Source of the DNA: Candidatus Omnitrophota bacterium
GTDB taxonomy: Bacteria > Omnitrophota > Gorgyraeia > JABMRG01
Assembly: GCA_028716165.1 (NCBI GenBank)
Contig: JAQUQI010000002.1
Span: forward strand, 83,228 to 147,227
Direction: 5' to 3'
DNA length: 64,000 nt
Both the position numbers and the translations under genes were made by a program. Positions 54,991 through 64,000 of this stretch are shown in pieces. Numbering within the stretch: position 1 is the first letter of the stretch; each line of letters begins with the position of its first letter. A model generated the notes under the pieces. It had not been told where the DNA came from. It worked only from the letters and a program-made list of their open reading frames with translations, and did no database searches.

Positions 54991-57900
54991 TCATTTTGGC
55001 TTGTCCGCGCAAGAAGCGGCGCCTGAACGGGAAAGCTCCCACCTGTCAAGGACATTTTCCTGAAATTCCTGCATATATAAATATATGCCGGGCGTTACAA
55101 AAAGCGTAACCACCTGCGCGAATATAAGCCCTCCGACGACTATCAGCCCGAGAGGCCTTCTTGAGGCGCCGTCGGCGCCATAACCGAGAGCGATAGGCAG
55201 AGCGCCGATTATAGTTGACGCTCCGGTCATTAGTATCGGCCGAAACCGCACAAGGCAGGCATTGTAGATGGCCTGCGCGCTGTTTTTCTCGCCCTCGTTG
55301 AGATTCTGCTGGGCAAAATCAACCATGATAATACCGTTTTTGGACACAATTCCGAGAAGCATAAATACGCCTATATACGCGTAAAGCGATAACTCTGACC
55401 TGAATAATAAAAGTGTCAGCAGGCCCCCGAAGGCCGCTACGGGAAGCGTGGTAAGTATGGTGAACGGATGTATATAACTTTCATATAAAATACCAAGCAC
55501 TATATACATTAAAAAAATTGCCGCTATCAACAAGCCCGACATGCTTTTAACCGCTGATTGAAATTGTTGGGCCTCGCCCTGGAATGAGCCTGAAGCGCCC
55601 GGAGGCAAAATCGCCCGCGCCAGCCCGGAAACGGTCTTAGTAATTTCCCCAAGCGGCATGTTTTCCTTGAGATTAAACGATATGGTTGCTGAATTCAACT
55701 GGTTATAATGCGGGACATCTTGCGGCCCGACACTCTCCTTTATGTCAATAAGCGAACCCAAAGGCGTAAGTTTGCCGGTGGTTTTTGACCTGACATAGAT
55801 GTTGTCAATGTCGGCAGGATTACGCTTATAGTTTTTGTCTAACTCAACAATGACCCAGTATTGGTCTGTGTCATTTTTAAAAAGCGTTACCTTACCCTGC
55901 GCGTAAGCAAGGCTAAGCGAAGATACAATATCTTCGGCGGTGATGCCGAGTGTTGACGCCCTGTCTCTTAACAGTATAATGTCTAACTGCGGCATATCAA
56001 GTTTTACGCTGTTTTGTATGCCTGTCAGCCCCGGCATGGCCCTCATTTTTTGTTCAAGCAGATTGGCCGCTTCATAGAGTTTTTCCCTGTCCTGCCCGCT
56101 CATGACATAGGAATATTTTGAGCCGGTGGCGGTGCTTTCTCCTCCCGTGCTTATAACAAGGGCCGGCATGGCCATGGTAAATACGAGGCCGTCGCTTATC
56201 ATATACAACTTTGAGTTCAATGCTTCAACGACCTTTGCTATAGGTTGTCTGCCCTTTTCGTTGTGCGGTTTGAGTATAGCGTAAAAAATGCCCGTTGATT
56301 GGTCGGCGCCTGTCTGAAGCCCTGTTACGGTAACGGCTTTTTCTATATTTTTATCGGACTGGAGCACGGCATTGACCTTGTCCTGGAATTGGGACATTTT
56401 TTCAGACGATACGCCCAGAGGCGCCTGCATAAAACCGATGACCGCGCCGCTGTCGCCTTCCGGTATGAAGGTTTTCGGCAATATCCGGATAAACCAAAAC
56501 GTGCCGATAATGCATATTATCCATATGATAAGCGCGATATGCCTGCGCTCAAGGACATATTTTAAAGCGCGGGCATAATAATCCTTGAGCCGTTTTTCTA
56601 TTATGTCGGATTTTTCCTTAAGCCGTGTCTTTTTTTCTTCAGCGCCGCCTGTTTTCGGTTTTTCCTTAAGCATGCGCGCGCACATCATAGGCGTTAATGT
56701 GAGGGCCGCTATAGTGGAACATACTATGGCCGCTACAACCGTAAGCGATAATTCCCTGAACAGCCTGCCGACTATACCGCTCATAAATACGAGCGGCACG
56801 AAAACTATAATAAGGGCGATACTCGTTGAAATAACGGTGCCCGTGATCTCACCCATGCTTTTTATGGCCGCATTCATAGGTTTTTCGCCGGCCTCCACAT
56901 GCCTTACAGTGTTCTCAAGAACGACAATGGCATCATCAACTAAAAATCCTACCGATAAGGTTAGCCCCATCAACGAAAGATTATTAAGGCTGAATCCGGC
57001 CGCGTACATTACGGCAAACGTGCCGACAATCGCAATCGGAAGGGTAATGCTCGGTATCACGGTATCCGAGAGCCTTCCAAGAAAAAGAAATATTATCAAG
57101 ACGACAAGGATAACGGCGATTATTATGGTATCTTTTACGTCCTTAACGGACTCCACAATAGAATTGGATTGGTCGTATAAGATGTCTATTGTTACGGCCC
57201 CGGGCATCTCCTTTTTTAATTCTTCAAGGGTATCCATTATTCTCTTTGACAGAGCGACCGTATTTGCCCCCGATTCCTTGGTAATGGATAAGTATACATT
57301 AGTGTCTTTCCAGCCCAAGCCTTTCTTATATGATATTACCCTTATAACGTCGTTTTTGGAACTGTCATAGCATTTGGCAATATCTTTTAAATACACAGGC
57401 GCGTTGTTCCTGTATGTTATAATGAGATTTTTGTAAGCTTCGGCGTCCATCAACTGCCCCTGCGGCTCTATTGAGAATGTATGGAAAGTTCCGTCAAGGC
57501 TTCCAGCCGGCATTATGATTGTGCCTGTTTTTACGGCTTTTGCCACCTCGTCTATGCCTATATCCATTGCCGCCAGTTTTTTAGGGTCAACCTGCACGCG
57601 GACAGCGGTCTGGGCGCCCCAGACATTGACCTTTGAAACCCCTTCAACCATGCTAAGCCTTTGCCCTATTGCCGTATTACCGTAATCATAGAGTTGGCCC
57701 GAAGTGAGCGTATCGGAACTTACGACAATATGTATGATAGGTTTATCCGACGGGTTTGTTTTTTGATATGTGGGCGGCTGGGGCAGGTCATCGGGCAGAT
57801 TGGACATCGCCCTTGATATGGCCGCCTGGACATCAGGCGCGGCCAGGTCAACATCCACGTTTAGTTCAAATGTCAGAGTTATCTGGGATTGGCTTTCGGT

Positions 57901-58152
57901 ATTGGTTGATATGATCGTTGAAAGCCCTTGTATCTGCATACATTCATTTTCAATGGGTTTTGCAACTGTAGCCGCCATCATTACGGGGCTCGCGCCGGGG
58001 TATACAACTGTAATCGTAATAACGGGGTATTTTACTTCAGGCAAATCGCTTACAGGAAGGCCCATATATGCCGCCGCGCCAAAAATAATGGTTGTTACCA
58101 TCACAAGCACCGTCATTATCGGCCTTCTTATAAAAACTTCGGAAAATATCAT
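54991..58152 (-). CDS. RND efflux transporter permease (HAE1/AcrB-type)
   Basis: 1053 aa with 12 TM helices and two large loops. TM4 GFLVDDAIVVLEN matches the HAE1 signature. Confidence 0.9.
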   Translation of the reverse strand: MIFSEVFIRRPIMTVLVMVTTIIFGAAAYMGLPVSDLPEVKYPVITITVVYPGASPVMMAATVAKPIENECMQIQGLSTIISTNTESQSQITLTFELNVDVDLAAPDVQAAISRAMSNLPDDLPQPPTYQKTNPSDKPIIHIVVSSDTLTSGQLYDYGNTAIGQRLSMVEGVSKVNVWGAQTAVRVQVDPKKLAAMDIGIDEVAKAVKTGTIIMPAGSLDGTFHTFSIEPQGQLMDAEAYKNLIITYRNNAPVYLKDIAKCYDSSKNDVIRVISYKKGLGWKDTNVYLSITKESGANTVALSKRIMDTLEELKKEMPGAVTIDILYDQSNSIVESVKDVKDTIIIAVILVVLIIFLFLGRLSDTVIPSITLPIAIVGTFAVMYAAGFSLNNLSLMGLTLSVGFLVDDAIVVLENTVRHVEAGEKPMNAAIKSMGEITGTVISTSIALIIVFVPLVFMSGIVGRLFRELSLTVVAAIVCSTIAALTLTPMMCARMLKEKPKTGGAEEKKTRLKEKSDIIEKRLKDYYARALKYVLERRHIALIIWIICIIGTFWFIRILPKTFIPEGDSGAVIGFMQAPLGVSSEKMSQFQDKVNAVLQSDKNIEKAVTVTGLQTGADQSTGIFYAILKPHNEKGRQPIAKVVEALNSKLYMISDGLVFTMAMPALVISTGGESTATGSKYSYVMSGQDREKLYEAANLLEQKMRAMPGLTGIQNSVKLDMPQLDIILLRDRASTLGITAEDIVSSLSLAYAQGKVTLFKNDTDQYWVIVELDKNYKRNPADIDNIYVRSKTTGKLTPLGSLIDIKESVGPQDVPHYNQLNSATISFNLKENMPLGEITKTVSGLARAILPPGASGSFQGEAQQFQSAVKSMSGLLIAAIFLMYIVLGILYESYIHPFTILTTLPVAAFGGLLTLLLFRSELSLYAYIGVFMLLGIVSKNGIIMVDFAQQNLNEGEKNSAQAIYNACLVRFRPILMTGASTIIGALPIALGYGADGASRRPLGLIVVGGLIFAQVVTLFVTPGIYLYMQEFQENVLDRWELSRSGAASCADKPK

Positions 58153-59330
58153 TATCTGCTTTCTTTCTCTTTATCTTTACCGTCCGCCTCTACTACAGGC
58201 GCGCCGGGGTAAAGCCCTAATATCCCTGAAATTATGGCTTTTTCACCGGGCCTGGCCCCTTCTTCAATAACAATATAATCATCCTGCCGCAAGCCTGTCT
58301 TTACAAGCCGCAATTCAGCCTTATTTGATTCGTCAAAGATAAAAAGATAATGGCCTTTCTGGCCTATTTTTATGGCGGAATAAGGGGCCAGCACGGCGTT
58401 TTTACTGACGCTCAATATCAACCTGATGGTAGTAAATTGCCCCGCCCATAATTGATGTGTTTTATTGTCAATTAAGGCGCGCGCGTATATTGTTCCCGTT
58501 GTATTATCAACCGCGTTGTTTATAAAAACAAGTTCACCCTCAAAAACGCTTTTGCCTCCTTCAGGCACGATCTCAACTTTTAAAGCGCCCCGGGCCATGG
58601 ATTCTCTCACCCTGAAAAGTTCTCTTTCCGGAAGAGTAAAGTCGGCGAACAAGGCGTCTATATCTTTAATATTGACAAGCACAGGGCCATTGTCAGCTAC
58701 CACTATATTGCCCGGGTCAAGCTGGTTTTTCGCGGTTACGCCGCTTACAGGCGAAACGATATGGCAATAACCCAGATTAATGGCGGCCAACTCAAGCGAT
58801 GCCTTATCAAGGTCAACCTGTCCCTGGGCTGAAAGCAGCTGCGCTTGAAGCGTCTCAAAATCCTGTTTTGATATGAGCTCTTTTTCTACCAGTTTTTTGT
58901 TACGCTCAAGCGTATCTGTTTTTAATTTAAGGTCAGCCTCACTTTGCTCAAGACAGGCCCTGGCCTTGGCCAGTCCGGCTTCATATTCACTCGGATCTAT
59001 GGTGTATAATTTGTCGCCCTGTTTTACATAGTCGCCGTTTTTAAAATGCACCTCTTTTATCCTGCCTGTTACCTGTGATTTTATATCAACGTCAAGCAAA
59101 GGTGAAAGCGTCGCGAAAGACTCCGCGTAAACAGGCACGTCTTTCTGAATTATAAGGCTTGTCTGGATCGGCCTTGGAGGTATGCAGGCCGGTTTCGGCC
59201 GGAATATAATGTTTTTGACGTTAACAAGGGCCGCTAACACAAGCGCCAGCGCCAAGACGCGTTTTAAAATTTTTTTGTCTTTGAGAAGTTTTTTATACGC
59301 GTCAGGGCTTTTATAATTGAATCCTGTCAT
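58152..59330 (-). CDS. RND efflux periplasmic adaptor (membrane fusion protein, AcrA/HlyD family)
   Basis: N-terminal TM/lipoprotein region, coiled-coil hairpin, lipoyl and beta-barrel regions. Start overlaps the RND gene. Confidence 0.85.
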   Translation of the reverse strand: MTGFNYKSPDAYKKLLKDKKILKRVLALALVLAALVNVKNIIFRPKPACIPPRPIQTSLIIQKDVPVYAESFATLSPLLDVDIKSQVTGRIKEVHFKNGDYVKQGDKLYTIDPSEYEAGLAKARACLEQSEADLKLKTDTLERNKKLVEKELISKQDFETLQAQLLSAQGQVDLDKASLELAAINLGYCHIVSPVSGVTAKNQLDPGNIVVADNGPVLVNIKDIDALFADFTLPERELFRVRESMARGALKVEIVPEGGKSVFEGELVFINNAVDNTTGTIYARALIDNKTHQLWAGQFTTIRLILSVSKNAVLAPYSAIKIGQKGHYLFIFDESNKAELRLVKTGLRQDDYIVIEEGARPGEKAIISGILGLYPGAPVVEADGKDKEKESR

Positions 59331-60817
59331 GGGGCCTCTTTCTCCGGCGGTGTTCCGGCTTTTAAAGAACCTGTCGCGTGCGCCAATTCGGCGATTGCCA
59401 CAAATGCCTGCCTTTGAGAATCAACGTATCTTGCCCTGGCATTTGACAGCTCGCTTTGCGCTTGCAAAAGATCAAGCATGCTTCTGATTCCGTGCGAATA
59501 TCCCTCAAGGGCAAGTTCGTGAGATGCCGTAGAGCTGTCAAGATACGCTTTGCCGTATTCCAGTTTTTTGACAGCCGTGTTATAATTAAAATATTTTTTC
59601 CAAACATCGGCGCTTGCCTCAAGCTCAAGCCTTATGAGTTTATCCGTCTGTGCGCCGAATTCCGCCTCTGCCTGGAGTTTTTTGTTAAAATTATAAAAAC
59701 CGTCAAAAATGTCCCAATTAACGCTTAGATACCCGCTATAACTATACCCGTTATCGCGCGCGGGTTTTTCATTATAATATTTATACCAGTCATGACCGTA
59801 TGCCCCGCCCGCGTTAATTTCAGGAAATAGAGCGGAGCTTGCCTGTTTAATTCTTGCTTTTTTTTCGTTTACCAAAGCTCTTGCCGAAGCTATGTCGGGG
59901 CGGCAGGACAATGCTTCATCTATCATCTCCTTGATGTCGGACTCTTGCATCTTAAAAGAGGCCTCTTGGGCCGGAGCGGTAATATCAAAATCCGTGTCCG
60001 CGCTAAAACCCACGGCAATGGCAAGTTCAGCCTTGGCTTGTTTAAGCCTGCCCTTGGCATCTTCCAGTTCGTAAAGCGACCTGTCGCGGCTTGCCTCTGC
60101 CTGCAATTTGTCAAGCTTGGACGCGATGCCTGTCTGGAATTTTAAGTCCGCGGCTTCAAAACCTTTATTGGCGTCAACGAGGTTTGACTCCGCCGATTGC
60201 AGGGTGGAATAAGCGCTAAAAAGCCCGTAATAGGATTTTTGAACGTCAAGTATTAAGTCTTGAAGAGATTGGTTGAAGGCGTAGCCGGCAGATAGCATGT
60301 CTTGATAAGCCGCTTCAATAGAGGCATTTCTGCCTCCGAAATCAAAAAGCAAAAGTTCCGCTTTGCCTGAAGGCCCGTATTTTAATTGGTTTTCTTTTCC
60401 TGATGCCGTATTGGGAACAGATTTCTCTCTTGCGCCCTCGGCGCTGACAGATACCCGCGGCATTAATCCGCTTTTTGCTTGGCCGAGAAGGGCTCTTTTG
60501 GATTTGATGTCATGCCATGATTTTGATGTTATGGGGCTATTGTAAAAAGCAGTGTCAAGGAGTCCGGCAAGTGAAAAAGGCCCTTTGCCATCAGGCACGC
60601 GGCCTCTTATCCCCTGCCATACCTTATCGGGCGTGGGGGTTTTAGACGGTTTGGCGGCAGGCTGCCATTGCTCGTATGGAGGTGTTGGCGCCTTATAATC
60701 TCTGCATCCTGTCAGGCAGAATACCGCTGACAGGGCAAGGGCCGCTAAAGAAAAAATATTTAATATTTTATACCCGTGTATATATTTTTTGGCGAAAAAT
60801 ACGCCTTTTATAGCCAT
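59327..60817 (-). CDS. outer-membrane efflux protein (TolC-like OMF)
   Basis: Lipobox LTGC. Two OEP repeat regions rich in coiled-coil heptads. 496 aa. Confidence 0.8.
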   Translation of the reverse strand: MAIKGVFFAKKYIHGYKILNIFSLAALALSAVFCLTGCRDYKAPTPPYEQWQPAAKPSKTPTPDKVWQGIRGRVPDGKGPFSLAGLLDTAFYNSPITSKSWHDIKSKRALLGQAKSGLMPRVSVSAEGAREKSVPNTASGKENQLKYGPSGKAELLLFDFGGRNASIEAAYQDMLSAGYAFNQSLQDLILDVQKSYYGLFSAYSTLQSAESNLVDANKGFEAADLKFQTGIASKLDKLQAEASRDRSLYELEDAKGRLKQAKAELAIAVGFSADTDFDITAPAQEASFKMQESDIKEMIDEALSCRPDIASARALVNEKKARIKQASSALFPEINAGGAYGHDWYKYYNEKPARDNGYSYSGYLSVNWDIFDGFYNFNKKLQAEAEFGAQTDKLIRLELEASADVWKKYFNYNTAVKKLEYGKAYLDSSTASHELALEGYSHGIRSMLDLLQAQSELSNARARYVDSQRQAFVAIAELAHATGSLKAGTPPEKEAP

Positions 60818-60819
60818 TT

Positions 60820-61383
60820 TTACAGGTTTATTATCTTTCTGCCGAGTTTATACGCTTTTTGAAGGCATGCCTCATTGTTAGCGGCGCTGTCCCCGGCCTC
60901 AAGCCCAAAGCACCAAAGCGTTTGAGCAAGTTTAATGTCCAATACCCTGAAAAGCACCTCAACAATTTCTTTGGAATTTCTGAAAAAATTCCTGTTTTCA
61001 TATTTACTTACGCATATAAATGCCCCGCGCCTATCCCGGCAGGCTTTTTTGCCTAATAGGTATTTTTTGACCCAGGCCTGTTGGCACCTGTCTATCATTG
61101 TTTTAAGCTGTGCTGTAATTGAGCCAAAATATACCGGAGAGGCTATAATGAGCCTGTCACATGAGTCAATTTTTTTAATAAGAGCGGGCATATCGTCTTT
61201 TATGCGGCATCTGCCGTCTGCAAGGCAGGAATCATCGCCGCGGCAGGGGTTTATTTCAAGCCGGGACAGGGATATCATTTCGCTTTTGGCTCCGGCCTGG
61301 CCCGCCGAGCAAAGGGCGCGGTCAAGAAGAGTGTGCGAATTGCCGTTTACGCGCGGGCTTGCCGATATGCCCAATACCTTCAT
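60820..61383 (-). CDS. NADPH-dependent FMN reductase-family flavoprotein with Cys cluster (iron-sulfur-flavoprotein-like)
   Basis: MKVLGISASPR...NS flavodoxin-like N-terminus. CRGDDSCLADGRC cysteine motif. Confidence 0.65.
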   Translation of the reverse strand: MKVLGISASPRVNGNSHTLLDRALCSAGQAGAKSEMISLSRLEINPCRGDDSCLADGRCRIKDDMPALIKKIDSCDRLIIASPVYFGSITAQLKTMIDRCQQAWVKKYLLGKKACRDRRGAFICVSKYENRNFFRNSKEIVEVLFRVLDIKLAQTLWCFGLEAGDSAANNEACLQKAYKLGRKIINL

Positions 61384-61384
61384 C

Positions 61385-62176
61385 TTACCTTCCCCTGTCT
61401 AAAACAGCAAGCATCTGCGAATGTATCTTATTATTTGAGGCAAGGACGCGTTTCATGAAAGGGTCAAAACGCCTGCCGTTAAAATCCGTGACTTTTCCGC
61501 CGGCCTCCTGGACTATAAGCGCTCCTGCGGCAGTATCCCAGGGGCGCAGTTCCATTTCCCAAAAACCGTCAAACCTGCCGGAGGCGACATAGCATAAATC
61601 CAAAGACGCCGAACCCGGCCTCCTTATGGCCTGCGCCCTTAGCATAAATGACTTAAAGTATGCTATGTTATCGCGCATTTCTTTTCCAAGCTTATACGGA
61701 AATCCCGTTGAAAGCAAAGACTCTTTTACGGCCTTAACGCGGGAGACGTGTATCCTTTTTTTATTTAGATATGCTCCTCTGCCCTTCATGGCGGTAAACA
61801 TCTCGTCCCTGACAGGGTCATAAACAATGCCGGCTATGATATCATCATTTTTCATCAATGCTATGGATACCGCGAAGAAACAAAAGCTATGGGCGTAATT
61901 GGTAGTGCCGTCAAGAGGGTCTATTACCCACCTGTATTCAGAACCGGCCTTGCCCGCATGCCCTGTTTCCTCGGAAAGAATACTGTGGGAGGGAAAGTTC
62001 CGGCGAAGGGACGCGATGATCAGCGCCTCACTTTTTTTATCCATTTCGGTAACAAGGTTTTTTCTGCCTTTGTATCTGATGTCGTGTTTTTTGCCAAGGC
62101 CTTTAAGCAGGCAGTCCCCCGAGCGCTTGGCCGCGTGCCTGCCCGTGCGTAAAAAAAAGCTAAGCTCATCTTTCAT
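61385..62176 (-). CDS. suhB: inositol monophosphatase-family protein (SuhB-like)
   Basis: IMPase motifs WVIDPLDGT and WDTAAG. Confidence 0.85.
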   Translation of the reverse strand: MKDELSFFLRTGRHAAKRSGDCLLKGLGKKHDIRYKGRKNLVTEMDKKSEALIIASLRRNFPSHSILSEETGHAGKAGSEYRWVIDPLDGTTNYAHSFCFFAVSIALMKNDDIIAGIVYDPVRDEMFTAMKGRGAYLNKKRIHVSRVKAVKESLLSTGFPYKLGKEMRDNIAYFKSFMLRAQAIRRPGSASLDLCYVASGRFDGFWEMELRPWDTAAGALIVQEAGGKVTDFNGRRFDPFMKRVLASNNKIHSQMLAVLDRGR

Positions 62177-62224
62177 TTTTTAATTTTCCCTTCCATGCCG
62201 CGCGCTGTATAGATAAAAAATTGG

Positions 62225-63379
62225 CTAAAAACTCGGCTCAACGCATAATACTTTATATTTTTTAAAACCTTTAAGCCCGCCTGCCACAAAGCTTAGGTTT
62301 GTCAGATACCTCATCCTTGCCCATTCAAAGAAACATTTCCCCGGTTTCATAAAAAAGCACCAGTAGAAAAACCTGTATGCCGACCAGAGTGCAAAAAAAG
62401 CCATGGCAAAGGTAAATATGACAAGCCCATTATTGCCCGGGTTGGCGATAGATGCCGCAAGGCCGATGATAAAAGCCGCCGCGGATACGTGCATCATATG
62501 AAAACTCCCGATATAAATATATCCTTTTATAAAAAAAGGCACGCGAAATAGCGGTGTCCTGGGGTAGCGGCCGATAAACTGGAATATCAGTTCAAATTTG
62601 CGGCAGCTATGCTTGTCTATTAGCGCCGGATGGGCCATGGCATAGGTATACCATACCCTCCTCAACGCGTTAAGGTCAGACCTGTGCATATGCTCTACCT
62701 TTGCCTCGGGAGCAAAATAAAGCCTCCAGCCATGTTGTCCTATCTGCAGTGACATGTCTATATCTTCACCGGTAGGATGCGGCCAGAACCTGGCGCCAAC
62801 ACTATCCAGCGCCTTTCTTCGGTATGCCACGTTGGCTGTCACAAAAAAATACGCCCTGTGGCCGGCTATCTGCGTGGGGCTTTTGTCTGTAAGCGGCGGG
62901 AAATACCCCTCTTTAATAAATCCATAACGCGGAGATACCATGTTAAATTTAAAATGTTCGCAATAGGCTTCCGTCAGGTTGTCTTTGTCAACCCTTAGCG
63001 TGTATATCTCGCCGCCTACCGCGCCGATTGTCCGGTCTTTTTCAAACTTGCTTAGTATGATATTTATCCATTCTTCGCATGGAGCGCAGTCGCCGTCCGT
63101 AAAGAATATGTATTCCCCCGCGGCGCGTTTGATCGCTTCATTTCTTGACGCGCCTGCCGTCAGAGACCCGGGGACATTCACTATTTTTATAAAAGGGTAT
63201 TTCGCCTGCCAGCTTTTTATGATATCAAGGGTGGAGTCTGTTGAGCCTCCATCGGCGATGATTATCTCCCAACGGTCGTGGGGATAATTTATCTTAAGCA
63301 GGTATTGGAAGGTTTTTCCTACCGTTCTTTCAAAATTTTTGATTGGGATTATTACCGAAACAAATGGTTTTTCGCTCAT
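62225..63379 (-). CDS. family-2 glycosyltransferase with C-terminal multi-TM region
   Basis: VSVIIPIKN, DGGSTD, FFTDGDC (DxD) GT-A motifs. Four C-terminal TM helices. Confidence 0.8.
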   Translation of the reverse strand: MSEKPFVSVIIPIKNFERTVGKTFQYLLKINYPHDRWEIIIADGGSTDSTLDIIKSWQAKYPFIKIVNVPGSLTAGASRNEAIKRAAGEYIFFTDGDCAPCEEWINIILSKFEKDRTIGAVGGEIYTLRVDKDNLTEAYCEHFKFNMVSPRYGFIKEGYFPPLTDKSPTQIAGHRAYFFVTANVAYRRKALDSVGARFWPHPTGEDIDMSLQIGQHGWRLYFAPEAKVEHMHRSDLNALRRVWYTYAMAHPALIDKHSCRKFELIFQFIGRYPRTPLFRVPFFIKGYIYIGSFHMMHVSAAAFIIGLAASIANPGNNGLVIFTFAMAFFALWSAYRFFYWCFFMKPGKCFFEWARMRYLTNLSFVAGGLKGFKKYKVLCVEPSF

Positions 63380-63427
63380 AATGCCACCGGCCGGTTTTTG
63401 ATCACGGCGAAAACGGATAATCCTATG

Positions 63428-63457
63428 AAAAAGGGTTGTCTAAAGACAACCCTTTTT
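63428..63457. terminator. bidirectional rho-independent terminator (GGGTTGTC-TAAA-GACAACCC flanked by A5/T5)
   Basis: Perfect 8-bp stem at 63433-63452, between the TIGR04073-like gene end and the GT2 gene start. Confidence 0.7.
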
Positions 63458-63482
63458 CATAGTTTACTGATGTATATAAAAG

Positions 63483-63821
63483 TTATTTACTTACGTTGCA
63501 ATTAGGTATTTCCACCATAGAAGGTTTTATGGCTGACTTGTATTCAGGATTGTGAAGTGTTACGGCATCTCCGACGCCTGACACGGTCCTGGCAAAAGCG
63601 TTTACCACGCCTTTCCACAGGCCTATCGTAAGTCCGAGAAACGGGTTGTCCGAATCCTTGGTAACCGCTGCCACGGCCTTTGGTATTTCCGTCCAACCGA
63701 GCAGGGCGTTATTGTGCACGGTCTCTATCTTGTCCTTGTCATCTGTTTGTGCCGTCGCGGGCATAAACATTACGCTTAACACAAGGCTTACTGTTAACGC
63801 GCATATTACCATTTTTTTCAT
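63483..63821 (-). CDS. secreted exosortase-system-associated TIGR04073-like protein
   Basis: Signal peptide. LGWTEIPK...NPFLGLTIGLWKGVVNAFARTVSGVGDAVT resembles the TIGR04073 core (GW.EIP...G...G..kG...a..R...G..e..TF). AGGAGGG RBS. Confidence 0.5.
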   Translation of the reverse strand: MKKMVICALTVSLVLSVMFMPATAQTDDKDKIETVHNNALLGWTEIPKAVAAVTKDSDNPFLGLTIGLWKGVVNAFARTVSGVGDAVTLHNPEYKSAIKPSMVEIPNCNVSK

Positions 63822-64000
63822 TGCACTTCCCTCCTGTTTTTAATTATACTAACACAAAAAAAATCCATAGGCAACAAAAATTATACCGCTTGGTAATTTT
63901 TAGCGGCAGCGATACGTTCAGCCGCCGGTGGATGGCTGTAAAAAAATATTTTTTCAAACCTGCACGGGGAAGGGTCTGAAAGGTTTTGCGATGAGAGCCT

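Noticed and set aside
56585-57370. 261-aa plus-strand ORF inside the RND pump gene
   Set aside because: Antisense shadow ORF of a 1053-aa RND permease with clear family motifs on the minus strand.
54991-60817. Calling the efflux operon a heavy-metal CzcCBA/CusCBA system because of OMF-MFP-RND gene order
   Set aside because: The pump's TM4 motif (VDDAIVVLEN) matches multidrug HAE1 pumps, not the HME subfamily, so only the gene order is Czc-like.
63844-64000. Possible 3' end of a minus-strand CDS running into the window from beyond 64000
   Set aside because: Two different frames stay open to the window edge and end at 63844 and 63884 respectively. Neither gives a recognisable C-terminal motif, so no call was made.
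1-64000. Looked for CRISPR arrays, tRNA/rRNA genes, IS elements or integrases
   Set aside because: No regularly spaced direct repeats, no recognisable tRNA T-loop or acceptor patterns, and no transposase/integrase-like ORFs were found by eye. The only notable DNA-level repeat is the ~275-bp pair at 36913-37188 and 37862-38135. A computational scan (tRNAscan, Infernal) would be needed to exclude RNA genes definitively.

Overview
Single contiguous bacterial chromosome segment, about 45% GC and gene-dense, with roughly 70 protein-coding genes and over 85% of them on the minus strand. Many neighbouring genes overlap by 1-20 nt. I recognised no rRNA, tRNA, CRISPR array, transposase or integrase by eye. 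The organism looks Gram-negative-type (RND/MFP/TolC efflux, LemA/TPM, lipoproteins). It is probably from a poorly studied lineage, judging by an archaeal-type split GMP synthase subunit B, UvdE, an exosortase-associated TIGR04073-like protein, and many orphan secreted proteins. Housekeeping content includes typA, dusB-like, rlmN, rlmB, greA, pgi, nth, maf, suhB, cspA, ppiC, a U32 peptidase, Eda-type aldolase, an alcohol dehydrogenase and a CPA antiporter. The most interesting loci: (1) a lexA/UmuC-like SOS cassette with a near-consensus sigma70 promoter carrying a Cheo-type LexA box in its spacer. (2) Two tandem paralogous secreted beta-fibre-like proteins whose 5' ends and upstream regions form a ~275-bp direct repeat; one carries a phage-tailspike-type intramolecular chaperone (Peptidase S74) C-terminal domain, yet there is no prophage context. 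(3) A four-gene minus-strand signalling operon: REC plus a degenerate REC-like domain, then a PilZ domain fused to a SAM-methyltransferase-like domain, then a 7TM-GAF histidine kinase, then a stand-alone REC. (4) Two paralogous proteins sharing a ~170-aa unrecognised C-terminal beta-rich domain, one fused to a TM helix and FecR domain, beside small repeat-containing secreted proteins. (5) A 57-codon Cys-rich zinc-ribbon-like ORF missed by the ORF track, with a strong RBS and its own intrinsic terminator. (6) A nine-gene overlapping operon that contains an orphan AmmeMemoRadiSam-type radical SAM enzyme. (7) A LemA-TPM operon headed by a degenerate nucleotidyltransferase-fold protein. (8) Leader hairpin/U-tract structures upstream of cspA and typA. 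All functional calls are from motif recognition by eye; no database search was run.
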